A stretch of 64,000 nt of DNA. Source: Candidatus Hydrogenedentota bacterium (GTDB lineage Bacteria; Hydrogenedentota; Hydrogenedentia; Hydrogenedentales; JAGMZX01). Within the stretch, counting starts at the first letter, position 1. Each line of letters starts with the position of its first letter. Position numbers and translations under genes: made by a program. The stretch covers positions 18,729-82,728 of the forward strand of contig JAKQEQ010000042.1 in assembly GCA_029556545.1 (NCBI GenBank), given 5' to 3'. Below the pieces are notes generated by a model, which did not search any database, had not been told where the DNA came from, and saw nothing but the letters and a program-made list of their open reading frames with translations. Positions 51,487 through 62,031 of this stretch are shown here, in pieces.

Positions 51487-53970
51487 CTACCTCTTTTCGT
51501 GATTGATCGGAACGGGAATCGCGATACCAAGCTGCACCGCGACAGGAGTGTAAATGTCTATCTCCTGCTCCGGCGTCTCAATAGAGACTATCAGGGAGTA
51601 CCGGCAGCGGCTGTCCCATCTTCGAAGGTGCTGTCGCTCGCGCCACCAGCCGGTGGTTGGATACACGGCGACCAGATTCGAAGTCGCCAACTCGGCTGCC
51701 GTGCCGTGCCAAATATCAGAGTGAATAGAACCTACGTTCCGTGCCTCCCCGATAAACCACTTGCCGCCCGGACCCACAGTGCCAGGGTGGCCTTCGTCAT
51801 CTTCCCATGCCTGACGGTTTACTCTCCGGACGAACTCATCCTTCGATTCCTGCGGCCCATTCAACGCGAAGCGGAGCGCATGCGACGCGTACCGGTAGCG
51901 ATTGCCCCATCCTACTTCGCCTGGCCCAGGTTCAACAAAATAGGAGAGTGTCACCCTCATCTCGACGGCACTCTCACCTAGAGAGGATAAGACCTCCGTG
52001 GGCCATGGCAAGTTGTATAGATGCATTTCATTCGTTACATACCGGCTGTCGCGCCTATCAAACGGTTGCAGTTCTGCCTGGGAAATCAACGTCAGCGAAC
52101 TTGCCAAGGAATACAAAGCACGTGGCAGGCTGGGCACACCGTACCCGCAAATCCGCAGGAGGTTCGCGATCTCCTGCTTGCTTGGATTGAGCTGCGGCAA
52201 GAACTGTTGCAGCATTGTCTGCGTCCAGCGTGCCGAGTGCACAAGGAGTCCGCGTACTGTTTCAGGCCAAGCTTCGGGGTATGCGATGTGAATCTGAGCG
52301 GCCATCCAGGCCGCCTGTGCAGCGGCAGCGCTCGTGGCGCTGAACGGCAAGAACTGAGCCGTTGACGGATCAGAACTGGTCGAAAGTAATTTCAAGTCTT
52401 CGGTATCGAATATGGAATTATTTGGACCGGCCGCGACGTTGCCACCTTCCAGAAGTATGTCGGGCTTGATTGGCCAGCGCCGCCGATCCCATGCGGCAGA
52501 AGTCGTGCTGAACGGTGAAAGCCCACCAGCGGGCGCGACGGCACTCCAAGAGATCATTGTGGGGTCAGTAATGCGTACCTTTTCCGTATACGCACCTGCC
52601 GTCAGGGCATTCCACGCCTGAGCCGGATCATGTACCTCTTCGGTCAGATTTGCATGCGGATAGTTGCGCCAACTGTTGGACTCCACAACATTTCCCGCAC
52701 TTACTATGATTAACCGTTTGCGATCGTCTTCATAGCCCGACGCAATAGAGTCAAGTTCTGCGGACCACGAGGAGGGGCGGCCCCGGTCAAGGTCCTCCGG
52801 TGAGGTCACCGCAAGACAGACAATTCTCCGACGCTGCGGTGCCTGGATTTCCGCGAGACTGATTCCTTGTGCTGTCCGATGCCCCCAAAGCTCTTTCGGG
52901 TTCTGTGCTGGCGGCGGCGGGAGTATTTTCGAGGATTCGAGTCGATGTGATACCCGAATGGCCGAAGTACTATTGAGAATCTGCAACAAGTCGCCGTATG
53001 CGGCCGTTCCCGCCATCAGCGTTCCGTGTCCATCATTGTCATGGATGCCCCACTGGCGAATCACGGCGTGCATGTCGCTTGCGTCGAGCACCGGTTGGAG
53101 CAGCACATGTCCGCTGTTCACGCCGCTGTCAAGGATACAGACTGCGATGTCGCCGTCCCCCTCGAATCGTGTTCTTTGCAGCAAGTCTTGAACCAGTTGT
53201 ACTTGATCCCGGCTCTCCATCTCGATGTAGTACGTGGCAACCTGCTTTGCAACGCGAAATTCAACAATAATGTCGGATCGTTCAATAAGGCTGGCCAGTT
53301 GCCCGCCGGTCGCCTTGATCAGTAATACGGAACGCTCAGGGAACGTCAATTGTCCCTCGGCCTGAGTAACCTCCAGCGATTCGAGCAACGCCCTGAATTG
53401 GGCAATTTCATCGCCGGATTCCGTACCAAGCCAGACCTCGATCCAATCGGCCGAAGAACCGGGTATCTGGTCCCGCTCTTCCGGACGCCAGAACGATTCC
53501 AGTACTGCGCGGCGAATGTCGGAAATGCTCCGGACGAGTTTGTCATGCTTTGGCTTCTTACGTTCTTCAGGCGGAAGGGCGTAGCCCTCCAGAATCTTAA
53601 GGAAATGCCTGCGTTTCTCATTCGGCACATAGACTGTTGCCAATGTGCGCGCTCCGTCCGGTCCCGGAACCTCGCGTACGTTGCATAGGCGGATCCCTGA
53701 ACGAAGACGTTCCAGACTCGTTACTCTGAGGTCGTATCCGGGTTCCCCTTCAAACTCGATATATGCGCCGCGACGGGTTGTTTGCACCACGGCGCGCGCG
53801 GCGTCTACCTCGTGCCACGTGGCATTCAGTCGGGACAACAGAAGTTCGCTGTGGCTGGCTTGATCACGCACAGGGATATTTGCGTCGCCGCCCCCGCGTC
53901 GCGGGTTGGTGAATCCCTGTGATTCTTCACGGCCCGATATGTCGAGGTGTTGGTAGAGAGGCCCCCCCAT
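51487..53970 (-). CDS. ietS: S8 family (subtilisin-like) serine peptidase, 827 aa; candidate IetS-like defence protease
   Basis: Catalytic triad motifs present: CILDSGV (Asp), HGTLMAGTAA (His), FSATSAAAAQAA (Ser). ~290 aa N-terminal extension. ATG 6 nt downstream of the AAA-ATPase stop. Gene symbol rests on my recollection of the IetAS ATPase + S8 architecture and is tentative. Confidence 0.8.
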   Translation of the reverse strand: MGGPLYQHLDISGREESQGFTNPRRGGGDANIPVRDQASHSELLLSRLNATWHEVDAARAVVQTTRRGAYIEFEGEPGYDLRVTSLERLRSGIRLCNVREVPGPDGARTLATVYVPNEKRRHFLKILEGYALPPEERKKPKHDKLVRSISDIRRAVLESFWRPEERDQIPGSSADWIEVWLGTESGDEIAQFRALLESLEVTQAEGQLTFPERSVLLIKATGGQLASLIERSDIIVEFRVAKQVATYYIEMESRDQVQLVQDLLQRTRFEGDGDIAVCILDSGVNSGHVLLQPVLDASDMHAVIRQWGIHDNDGHGTLMAGTAAYGDLLQILNSTSAIRVSHRLESSKILPPPPAQNPKELWGHRTAQGISLAEIQAPQRRRIVCLAVTSPEDLDRGRPSSWSAELDSIASGYEDDRKRLIIVSAGNVVESNSWRNYPHANLTEEVHDPAQAWNALTAGAYTEKVRITDPTMISWSAVAPAGGLSPFSTTSAAWDRRRWPIKPDILLEGGNVAAGPNNSIFDTEDLKLLSTSSDPSTAQFLPFSATSAAAAQAAWMAAQIHIAYPEAWPETVRGLLVHSARWTQTMLQQFLPQLNPSKQEIANLLRICGYGVPSLPRALYSLASSLTLISQAELQPFDRRDSRYVTNEMHLYNLPWPTEVLSSLGESAVEMRVTLSYFVEPGPGEVGWGNRYRYASHALRFALNGPQESKDEFVRRVNRQAWEDDEGHPGTVGPGGKWFIGEARNVGSIHSDIWHGTAAELATSNLVAVYPTTGWWRERQHLRRWDSRCRYSLIVSIETPEQEIDIYTPVAVQLGIAIPVPINHEKR

Positions 53971-53976
53971 CCTGCT

Positions 53977-54945
53977 TTACCCCCTTATCCCTTGATGGAC
54001 ACTCCGCCGTTCTGCCAGACTTTGCCGCAGAGCGCCGGCCGTCACCTTCGTCTTGTCCGCAAGAATGGCCCGCTTGATGGCGTCGCGGCAGGCGGTGTCG
54101 ATTTCGGCATGGCTGAGACGCGCGCTCTGGCGCAGCACCGCCGCCCACGCGAATTTGGGCGCGAGGAAGGTGCCCAACACGTTCTGCATGAGCCGTTTGC
54201 GGTCGGCTTCTTCCGGCAGTGCGTAGTACAACACATCGTCGAAACGGCGGTACAGCGCGCGGTCGAGCAGCTTCGGGCTGTTCGTCGCCGCCACGATCAG
54301 ACTGTCGGAACTGTCCTGCTCGATAAACTGTAGAAAGGCATTCAGCACCCGGCGCATCTCCGCCACATCGTTTTCCAGCATGCGTTCGCCACCGATGGCG
54401 TCGAACTCGTCGAAAAGGTAGACCCCCGGCTCCTGCTGAATCAGCTCGAAGATCTGGCGCAGCTTCGCGCTCGTCTCACCCATGAACTTCGTCACCAGCT
54501 TGTCCACCTGGACGGTGTGCAGCGGCAACCTTAGTTCATGCGCCAGCACCCGCGCCGTCATCGTCTTGCCCGTGCCCGGCGGCCCGACAAGCAGCACCTT
54601 GCGCCGGTGCGCCAGCCCGTGCAATTTCAGCTTCTGCTGTTGACGGTACTCATGAACGATGCGCTGCACCCGGTCGGACAACGACTCCGGAATCACCAGC
54701 GCAGAGCGCGGCGTGTCCGGTTCCTCGGAAAACACCAGCCCGCGCAAGTCCACCGGAAACTTCAATATCCGAGGGCCGCGCTCCCGCCGTGCCTTATCCA
54801 CGAGTTCCCGGATGTCAAGGGCCAGCGCCCCGTGGCCCTGTTGGGCCTCATGCGCCGCTACTTGCAGCGCAATCGTGTAAAACCGCTCCGCGTCGTCACT
54901 TAGGTGCGACCGAATCAGCGCCTTCAGTTGTTCCGCAGTGGCCAT
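53977..54945 (-). CDS. ietA: AAA+ ATPase (classic AAA, SpoVK/CbbX-like); candidate IetA-like partner of the S8 peptidase
   Basis: 322 aa. Walker A GPPGTGKT, Walker B LFDEFDA, sensor/Arg-finger region ATNSPKLLDRALYRRF. Sits between hsdS and the S8 gene. Gene symbol tentative. Confidence 0.8.
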   Translation of the reverse strand: MATAEQLKALIRSHLSDDAERFYTIALQVAAHEAQQGHGALALDIRELVDKARRERGPRILKFPVDLRGLVFSEEPDTPRSALVIPESLSDRVQRIVHEYRQQQKLKLHGLAHRRKVLLVGPPGTGKTMTARVLAHELRLPLHTVQVDKLVTKFMGETSAKLRQIFELIQQEPGVYLFDEFDAIGGERMLENDVAEMRRVLNAFLQFIEQDSSDSLIVAATNSPKLLDRALYRRFDDVLYYALPEEADRKRLMQNVLGTFLAPKFAWAAVLRQSARLSHAEIDTACRDAIKRAILADKTKVTAGALRQSLAERRSVHQGIRG

Positions 54946-55055
54946 CGATAATCCCCGGCTGTGTCCCGCTTGATGTTACCTTCTTTCCGATTCTACATCA
55001 ACAATTCGCAACCTGAACCCCGATGTTCAAGCGGACCGGTGGTCCTGGCTTCTTG

Positions 55056-56261
55056 TCATACCGCAATCTCCCCGTTCATCAGGCGCGGCAGGAGTAGATC
55101 GCGCGCCGCGCGGAGACGTTCATTGTGCTGCTTGAGCACACGAATTTGAGCAAAGTGGAGGCTGGCCTGCTCGGAAAACTCCAGAGTGAAGCTGTGCGCG
55201 GGAATCACCACCTCGAATTCGCGAAACTTCCCTCGACTGACTTCGGGGTACGTGCTCCCGCTGCCCATGGAGCGGATTTCTTCAACCCGGTCGGAAAGAT
55301 GAAACACGAGGTACGGGGTCAAAACGGGTTCGTGGGGCACAACAGAAATGAAACCCTGGTTGGTGCAGACTTCGCGGCCCGCTATGCCAAAGAAGCCGAC
55401 GGAGGCGCGACTCGTCATGAGAATGGCATGGGGTTTGACAAGCTTTGCCGAACTATTCTGTAACCCCGCCTCTGTAATCTTCTTCTCGGCATCCAGAAGA
55501 ACGAAATGCTTATTCCTCGTTACATCAGTTGGTGTCACCCACGTGATTTCGCCGTCGTCCCAATAAGCAGCATTCGCAGTTGAAGGCGTGCCGCCCCCAA
55601 CGCAATCGGCCACATCACCTATTCGTTTCCGTTCCCAGCCTTGGGGGAGGCCGTTCGTGATGGGGGTGTGTTCGTGGCCGGGGAAGCGGAGGCGGACAAA
55701 CCATTCGCGGTAGAGTTGGCGGGCCGATTCTTCCAACAACGCCATCCGCCGCCGGTTGTTCTCGATCAGGTCGTCATACGCCGACAAGATGTCTGCAATG
55801 CGTTGCTGCACTTCGAGCGAAGGAAAGCTTATCTCGACTCCTGCGAGCTTTTCTCGTGGAAGATGCTTGATTGTTGCGCCGGTTAACAGAGGCGTAAAGC
55901 CCCCGAGCCTTCCCTTATGAAGCAGTGAATAGAACAGGAACCGGTAATCGAGGCAATCATGAGGACGAATGCGGTGAAGGGCTTTTTGGTACATTACTCC
56001 GGGCATAGGCTCTTTCCAAACTGCGCAACGTCCGGGTTCGCCGCCTTCACACAGGAGAATGTCGCCGCACTTCAACCCGTATCGCTCCATTTCATCTTGC
56101 TCGAACCGCATCTCGCGAAGGTTCTCAAGATCGAACTCGCCCCAGCGAACGTTGATATTTGCAAGATACGGAAGGGCTTCTCCCCTATTTTTCCTTTCGT
56201 CCAACATTTTACCCAAGCTAAAATCCGCAATCTCGGCCAAGGGCTTAGTCATCCACTTCAT
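55056..56261 (-). CDS. hsdS: type I restriction-modification system specificity subunit
   Basis: 401 aa. Two target-recognition domains separated by a conserved central coiled region (LIENNRRRMALLEE...). Start overlaps the hsdM stop (ATGA). Confidence 0.85.
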   Translation of the reverse strand: MKWMTKPLAEIADFSLGKMLDERKNRGEALPYLANINVRWGEFDLENLREMRFEQDEMERYGLKCGDILLCEGGEPGRCAVWKEPMPGVMYQKALHRIRPHDCLDYRFLFYSLLHKGRLGGFTPLLTGATIKHLPREKLAGVEISFPSLEVQQRIADILSAYDDLIENNRRRMALLEESARQLYREWFVRLRFPGHEHTPITNGLPQGWERKRIGDVADCVGGGTPSTANAAYWDDGEITWVTPTDVTRNKHFVLLDAEKKITEAGLQNSSAKLVKPHAILMTSRASVGFFGIAGREVCTNQGFISVVPHEPVLTPYLVFHLSDRVEEIRSMGSGSTYPEVSRGKFREFEVVIPAHSFTLEFSEQASLHFAQIRVLKQHNERLRAARDLLLPRLMNGEIAV

Positions 56262-58378
56262 ATCCCCAACTCCTGGAAGTTGGCCTGGATTTTGGCGGCG
56301 AGATCGGCGGCTTCGGTGTTGAGGTCGGCGAGTTCGACGTGGATGCCGCGGAGGGTCTCCTCGAAGTCGAAGTCTTCGTCGTCTTCCTGGGGCGCGACGC
56401 CGACGTAGCGGCCGGGGGTGAGGCTCCAGTCGGCGGCGGCGATTTCGGCGCGGGTGACGAGCCGGACCAGACCGGGCACGGCTTCGAGGTCGGCCTTCGG
56501 GAAGCGGTCTTCGAGCCAGGCGACCTGCCGGTGGAAGTAGACGGTGCGCTTGAGTTGTTCGACGGCGTCCTTGCGCGTGTCGTCGAGTTGTTTGACGAGG
56601 CGGTTGGCGGCGCGGCGGTCGTAGCTGGATTCGAGGCCGGTTTCCACGACGAGGTTCGCGGCGTGGTCCGCCACGCGCGCGGTAAGCTTGAAGACGAGGT
56701 CCACCTGTTTGACGAGGCCGCGCAGGCGCTCCGCGACAGGCTCGAAGGCATGGCGCGCGGCATGCTGCGCGGCGTTCGATTTGGGCGGCTTCTTCCCGTA
56801 CTTCTTCACGAACGCGGCGCAGTCTTTGATCGCGCGCTTCCGGTCGGCGATATAGGCCGTCACGGCGTCAGACGATTCAAGGAGCGCGTCCAGGAACGGC
56901 TGTTTCGTCTCCGCGGGCACGTCCCAAACGTTATTGACGCTTATCGCCAGCGCGGCCAGTCGCATTCGGAGTTCGCCCAGCGCCTTCTCGAATGTGTCGA
57001 TCGCGCCGGGCACGGCGGCGCACTCTTCGCAGACGCGGCGGAAGTAGTCGGTCACGAGCGCGAGGAAGCGGTCGCGTTGGCCGCGGTAGAGCCAGACGAT
57101 GGCGGCGAGGTTGTGCAGTTGTTCGGGCGAGAAATCGTTGATCTTGCGGTTGACCTTGCGGAACACATTGCGCGCGTCGATCATGAGGACCGTATCGCGC
57201 CGTTCGGCGGGCTTGCCGCGGTCGAAGAACCAGAGTTCGCAGGGGACGGTGCGCGTATAGAAGAAATTCGAGCGGATCGAGACCATGACGTCCACGTCGC
57301 CGGTCTCGACCATCTTGCGGCGGACTTCCTTCTCGCCGTGGCCCGCGCTCGAAGCCTGAGACGACATGACGCAGCCGGCGCGGCCTTTCTCGTTCAGGTA
57401 GCTCCAGAAATACGAGAGCCAGAGGTAGTTGCCGTTCGAGACCTTCTTGGCCTTGTTCACGCCGGGCAGGCCGAAGGGCAGGCGCGGATCGCCCTGGATG
57501 CGCTCGGCATCGACCAGATCGACGTTGAACGGGGGATTGGCCATGACGAAGTCGCATTTGCCGTAGAGGCTGTGTTCGTCCTGGTAGTAGGTGATGGCCT
57601 CGGCAATCTGGCCTTCGAGGCCGTGTACGGCGAGGTTCATCTTGGCGATGCGGATGGTGTCGCGGTTCTTTTCCTGGCCGTAGAACACGACTTTCTTCGC
57701 CGTGTCGCCGCCGGCCTGCTCGATGAAGTGGCTCGATTGCACGAACATGCCGCCGGAGCCGCAGGCGGGGTCGAAAACGGTCCCGTGGTCCGGCTCGATG
57801 ACGTTGACGATGGTCTGCACGATCGAGGCGGGCGTGAAGAACTCGCCGTTGTCGTGGGCCTTCTGGATCGAGAACTTGGCGAGAAAGTATTCGTAGATGC
57901 GGCCGAACACGTCGCCCGTGGCGTTCTTGATGCGCTCGGTGTTGAAGGTGCGCATCAGGTTTTCGAGCACGGCGGGCTCGAAAATGCCGTAGTCCTTCGG
58001 GAGCACGTTCTTGAGCGGATCGAAGGCCGCCTCGATGGCCTCCATCGCGCCGGTCACCAGTTTGGGCAGGCCCGACTGGTCAGAGGTGGCCTTTTTCATG
58101 ATCGTGTCGTAATGCGCCGCCTCCGGCAGCCAAAGCGCGCGGCGCGAGATGTAGTCGGCGGGCTGCACCTTGCGTTTGGGCATCTTGCCGCTCGCCTGGT
58201 CCGCCTGAATCTGGCGCGTGGCGGCGTCGAACCGGTTGGCGGCGTGGCGCAGGAAGATAACGCCCAGCACGGGCATGAAATAGTCGCTCGAGGTGAGCTT
58301 CGAATTCGCGCGGAGGTTGTCCGCCGCCTCCCACAAGTCGGCTTCCAGCTTGTCGATGTCTCTGAAAACGTCCGGCAT
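56258..58378 (-). CDS. hsdM: type I restriction-modification system methyltransferase subunit (long form)
   Basis: 706 aa from MPDVFRDID. N6-adenine MTase motifs (VFDPACGSGGMF motif I, NPPF motif IV) and N-terminal HsdM_N region. ORF opens at 58432. Confidence 0.9.
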   Translation of the reverse strand: MPDVFRDIDKLEADLWEAADNLRANSKLTSSDYFMPVLGVIFLRHAANRFDAATRQIQADQASGKMPKRKVQPADYISRRALWLPEAAHYDTIMKKATSDQSGLPKLVTGAMEAIEAAFDPLKNVLPKDYGIFEPAVLENLMRTFNTERIKNATGDVFGRIYEYFLAKFSIQKAHDNGEFFTPASIVQTIVNVIEPDHGTVFDPACGSGGMFVQSSHFIEQAGGDTAKKVVFYGQEKNRDTIRIAKMNLAVHGLEGQIAEAITYYQDEHSLYGKCDFVMANPPFNVDLVDAERIQGDPRLPFGLPGVNKAKKVSNGNYLWLSYFWSYLNEKGRAGCVMSSQASSAGHGEKEVRRKMVETGDVDVMVSIRSNFFYTRTVPCELWFFDRGKPAERRDTVLMIDARNVFRKVNRKINDFSPEQLHNLAAIVWLYRGQRDRFLALVTDYFRRVCEECAAVPGAIDTFEKALGELRMRLAALAISVNNVWDVPAETKQPFLDALLESSDAVTAYIADRKRAIKDCAAFVKKYGKKPPKSNAAQHAARHAFEPVAERLRGLVKQVDLVFKLTARVADHAANLVVETGLESSYDRRAANRLVKQLDDTRKDAVEQLKRTVYFHRQVAWLEDRFPKADLEAVPGLVRLVTRAEIAAADWSLTPGRYVGVAPQEDDEDFDFEETLRGIHVELADLNTEAADLAAKIQANFQELGI

Positions 58379-58559
58379 GCAATCTCCCCTCGGGCGGGCA
58401 CGCATCCTGGTCCAACCTGACCACGCAGGCATTCCGCCTGCCCGACACTTTCCATGGAAACCGGCTTCATTCTACTGCGCAACCGGCGACGGCGCAAGGG
58501 GCGCCCGCGGGCAACTTTCGACGCACGGCCTTTGTTACAGACAGCCCTCGCCGGGCACG

Positions 58560-60011
58560 CTACCGGCGCCCGTACGAACTCATGGTGACGGGCGAACTGG
58601 CGGTTGCCGTCTCTCTGGACATGCTGCGGGAAAGAGCGGCAAGCACCGCGGCTTCTTCCCATCGTCTCCTATGCTCGATAACGCGCGCCAGCGTTCTTAT
58701 CGCCGGCCTGACGTTCCTCCGGGTACGGCCATCCTTTCCTGGCCCATCACCGCCCTTCAGTCGGTCGAGGCACTTCTCAGCCTCGGCAAGTCTTCCCAAC
58801 TCCACCAGGATCAGGCCGCGGAGAAAGGTCGCATCGGGGGATTGGTCAAGGGGCGCATGCAGTTCACTGATCTGATCAAGGGCGCGCGCGTAGCTGCCGT
58901 CATGATACATCTTCTCCGTATTCACGAGGATCATGTAGTAGACAAAGCCAAGCAAGGCCCGCGCCCGCACTTGAGAATCAGGCATTGTGATCTGTTCCAT
59001 GTTGGCCAGCATCACATACCGCGAATATCGCTCCTGGTCCTTCCTTTGAAGCGCCAATCGGGCATGCAGCACCCGGGCCATGGCACAGTAGGGCCAAGTC
59101 CGCAGCGCTTTCCGGCACTTTGCCTCCGCGCGCGCAATCTTGAAAACTCGCGCGCGCTGAAGCAAACGACAACCGCGCAAGGCCAGGCGCTCCGCCTTCC
59201 TGTCCAGCGATGCCTCCAGATTGCCGGGGGCATCAAACGGCAGCGGTCCGAGGCCAAAGGAACTCATGATTTCTCGCGTGGCGTTGCGACTGAATTCCGC
59301 CCCCGCGGCAGGCGTTTCCAATGCTTTTCCAGCCAGTCTTTCCGCGTCGGCCATACCATGGCGTTTCAGGGCGTCAACTGCGCGTTGCGCCGCGCGGTGG
59401 TGTCCTGAAATTCCGTGGAGTGATTGTAGGTAGGTCTTCCATGCCGCAATTGCCGATTCGTTATTGCCGGCGCGTTCGTGAGCCATGGCTATAAGATAGC
59501 GGAGTTGGGGGGCTTTCGGTTTCAAGTCATTGGCAGCCCGTTCCGCAACCGCAATGGCTTCGTTCACGTTACCCAGCGCCAGCAGGATGGCGGCGTGGTC
59601 GTGATGAAAGTAGGCGTGTTTCGGGATACGCGCCAGCGCTCTCTTACAGGGAGCCAGGGCTTCGTTGGGTTTGCCAAGGCGCAATTGGCACCAGGCGATG
59701 TTGTTCCATGCTTCGCCGGAGTTCGGGTCTTTCGACAACTGAAGCTGCAAACACGCGATGGCTTTTTCATACTCGCCGAAGCGGATGAGTTCGAACCCGA
59801 GATAGCCAAGGTACTCAGCATCGTCCGGCGGCCGTTCAAGCGCCGCGAGCGTTATGTCTCTCGCGGTCTTGTAGAGGGGGTTTTCGACATCAATCGCCCC
59901 GTCAATGTAGATGTAATCCAGATCCTCAGGCCCCATCATTACGAGGAGCCGCGCCATGTCCACAAGTTCTTTCGGGGAGAGCGCTTCTGTCCCTTTGGTT
60001 CCTATCACCAC
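58560..60011 (-). CDS. TPR repeat protein
   Basis: 483 aa, multiple TPR-like repeats (GEAWNNIAWCQLRLGKPNEA..., YLIAMAHERAGNNESA...). In the lower-GC island. Confidence 0.6.
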   Translation of the reverse strand: MVIGTKGTEALSPKELVDMARLLVMMGPEDLDYIYIDGAIDVENPLYKTARDITLAALERPPDDAEYLGYLGFELIRFGEYEKAIACLQLQLSKDPNSGEAWNNIAWCQLRLGKPNEALAPCKRALARIPKHAYFHHDHAAILLALGNVNEAIAVAERAANDLKPKAPQLRYLIAMAHERAGNNESAIAAWKTYLQSLHGISGHHRAAQRAVDALKRHGMADAERLAGKALETPAAGAEFSRNATREIMSSFGLGPLPFDAPGNLEASLDRKAERLALRGCRLLQRARVFKIARAEAKCRKALRTWPYCAMARVLHARLALQRKDQERYSRYVMLANMEQITMPDSQVRARALLGFVYYMILVNTEKMYHDGSYARALDQISELHAPLDQSPDATFLRGLILVELGRLAEAEKCLDRLKGGDGPGKDGRTRRNVRPAIRTLARVIEHRRRWEEAAVLAALSRSMSRETATASSPVTMSSYGRR

Positions 60012-60075
60012 GCCCCTTTCCGTTTTGCCCTGTTGTCGAGGGCAAATTCACCCTAGCGCTGCCGCACGCATGTTT

Positions 60076-61785
60076 TCAACGCGACGGCGCGCGGTCTCCA
60101 AACAATTTGCGGAGCGTGTCTCGTTTTTCCATCGCGGCGGCGTCTTCCGGGTCAATCGCTACCGCGCGTTCATAGCATCGCAGCGCCTCCCCCGCATTGC
60201 CCAAGCCGCACAAGGCATCGCCAAGGTTGACGCAGGCGTCGCAGAAGAACGGGTCCACGTCCAGCGCCTTCCGATAGCACTCGATGGCCTTCTTGAAATC
60301 CCGTTGCTGCTGGTGCAAGCCGCCCAGGGTGTTCCACGCGTCGCGGAACGTGTCGTCCAATTGGATGGCCTTCTGGGCCGCGGCGAAGGCGTCGGGCGTT
60401 CGGCCGAGGCGCTTGTGCGCGCAAGCGAGATTGTTCCAGGCGAGCGCGTTCTCCGGTTCACGGGTGAGGGCAGTTTTCAGGTCCTCGACCGCCTCCCGGG
60501 GTTGATTCAGGTTCAAATGACACAGGCTCCGGTTGATTCTTGCCGCCACATAGCCGGCATCCATTTCGACGGCTTGGTTCGCGATTTCGAGGGCCTCCTC
60601 GTAACGTTGCAGGTAGCACAGACTCGCGGCCCAGTCCTTCAGCCTTTCAGCGTTCACGGGAAGCGGCGGCGTGTCGGGAACGTCGATACCCGATTCGGCG
60701 GCGTGCTGCTCCAGCTCTCGTCGCAATACCGCGAATTCCTGATACCGGTCTTCGGGCGATTTTTGGAGGCATCGCCCCACAACAGGCCCGAGCGGATCGG
60801 GCAAGGGGGGAGGCGGCATGTCCCGGTGCAGGTTCGCGTAATCCTGTAACGTGTTTCCCTGAAACGGCAGGACGCCGCACGTCAGCATCTGGAACAAGAC
60901 CACTCCAAAGGAGTAGATATCACTGCGAACATCGGCATGCTTTGCGTCGCCAAACTGCTCGGGCGACATCCACGGCGGCGAACCGCAACACGAACCTTCC
61001 TTGGTGGCGATGACCGACAGGCTGCTTGGTCTTGGGACCGCCCCTGCGGCGGGCTCGGGCGGAACATCGCCATCAAGTGATTTCGCAAGTCCGAAATCCG
61101 TTATTTTCACGCGTCCCTCCGCGTCAATCATGATGTTGTCGGGCTTGACATCTCGGTGCACATCAATTCCGTGCGCGAGGGCAAATTCCATACCGCGGCA
61201 GAACTGAATACTCCACGGAATCACGCGAACCAGGGGCAACTGTTCCCCTTGAAGGTAATGCGTAAGGGTGTTACGGCCTTCCGGGTCCGGCCCGATGAAT
61301 TCCAGCACAAGACACAACCGCCCATCGGGTTTTCGGACCGTGTGGGCTCGGACGATGTGTGGATGGTGCCCCATACCGATCCAGAGTTCCGCTTCGCGCC
61401 GGAACACCGCCGCCACCCGTTTGTTCCATACCGACGGGTCCTGAAACGTCTTGATCGCGCGCTGCTGCCGGTCCCACCGGTCCCAGACCAGGTATACCAC
61501 TCCCATGCCCGATTTTCCCGGCCCACCGAAGACATTCAGGACTTCGTACCGGCCCCCTATCAGTGCGCCGGGCGCATACCGCGCGGGAGGAAGCAACGTT
61601 GCCGCGCCGTCGGACACCGCGGACGAGTCTTCTGAAGACTGCGCCCAGAACTGTGAGTCGCGCTGAACAACCCGCTCGGCTGAAGATGCCATGGTCGATG
61701 CGACCACAGTATTCGTGGCTTGCGGCGGCGCCTTGTGTCCGGCGTGGGCGCGTCGTCGGAACATGTCTGCAAGTCGCTTCAGCAT
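60076..61785 (-). CDS. serine/threonine protein kinase with C-terminal TPR repeats
   Basis: Hanks kinase motifs: catalytic loop HRDVKPDNIMID, DFG (ITDFGLAK), APE-like region, then 4-5 TPR repeats. Confidence 0.8.
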   Translation of the reverse strand: MLKRLADMFRRRAHAGHKAPPQATNTVVASTMASSAERVVQRDSQFWAQSSEDSSAVSDGAATLLPPARYAPGALIGGRYEVLNVFGGPGKSGMGVVYLVWDRWDRQQRAIKTFQDPSVWNKRVAAVFRREAELWIGMGHHPHIVRAHTVRKPDGRLCLVLEFIGPDPEGRNTLTHYLQGEQLPLVRVIPWSIQFCRGMEFALAHGIDVHRDVKPDNIMIDAEGRVKITDFGLAKSLDGDVPPEPAAGAVPRPSSLSVIATKEGSCCGSPPWMSPEQFGDAKHADVRSDIYSFGVVLFQMLTCGVLPFQGNTLQDYANLHRDMPPPPLPDPLGPVVGRCLQKSPEDRYQEFAVLRRELEQHAAESGIDVPDTPPLPVNAERLKDWAASLCYLQRYEEALEIANQAVEMDAGYVAARINRSLCHLNLNQPREAVEDLKTALTREPENALAWNNLACAHKRLGRTPDAFAAAQKAIQLDDTFRDAWNTLGGLHQQQRDFKKAIECYRKALDVDPFFCDACVNLGDALCGLGNAGEALRCYERAVAIDPEDAAAMEKRDTLRKLFGDRAPSR

Positions 61786-62031
61786 AGTGGCTCTGCCTCA
61801 CGGATACTGGCTGTCGCTCCCCTCGGGCCCCGCTCTGAACCCATATTCTAACAGAAGACGCTTGACCGGCTTCTCCGCCCGCTTGACGCTCGGCAAGGGG
61901 CCGCGAACACGTTGAGAACTACCGCTGAATGCAATTGAATTGCCGGAGACATCGGTAACGGGAATTGCCAGAGTCGCCTAAGCGAAACTTCGACTGGTAC
62001 GTTGCGACGGCACCCCTGCCTCACGTGTCTC

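Noticed and set aside
56339-58420. 693-aa plus ORF antisense to hsdM, and 56245..56763(-), 56931..57557(-)
   Set aside because: The hsdM methyltransferase motifs (NPPF, DPACGSG) define the true minus-strand frame.
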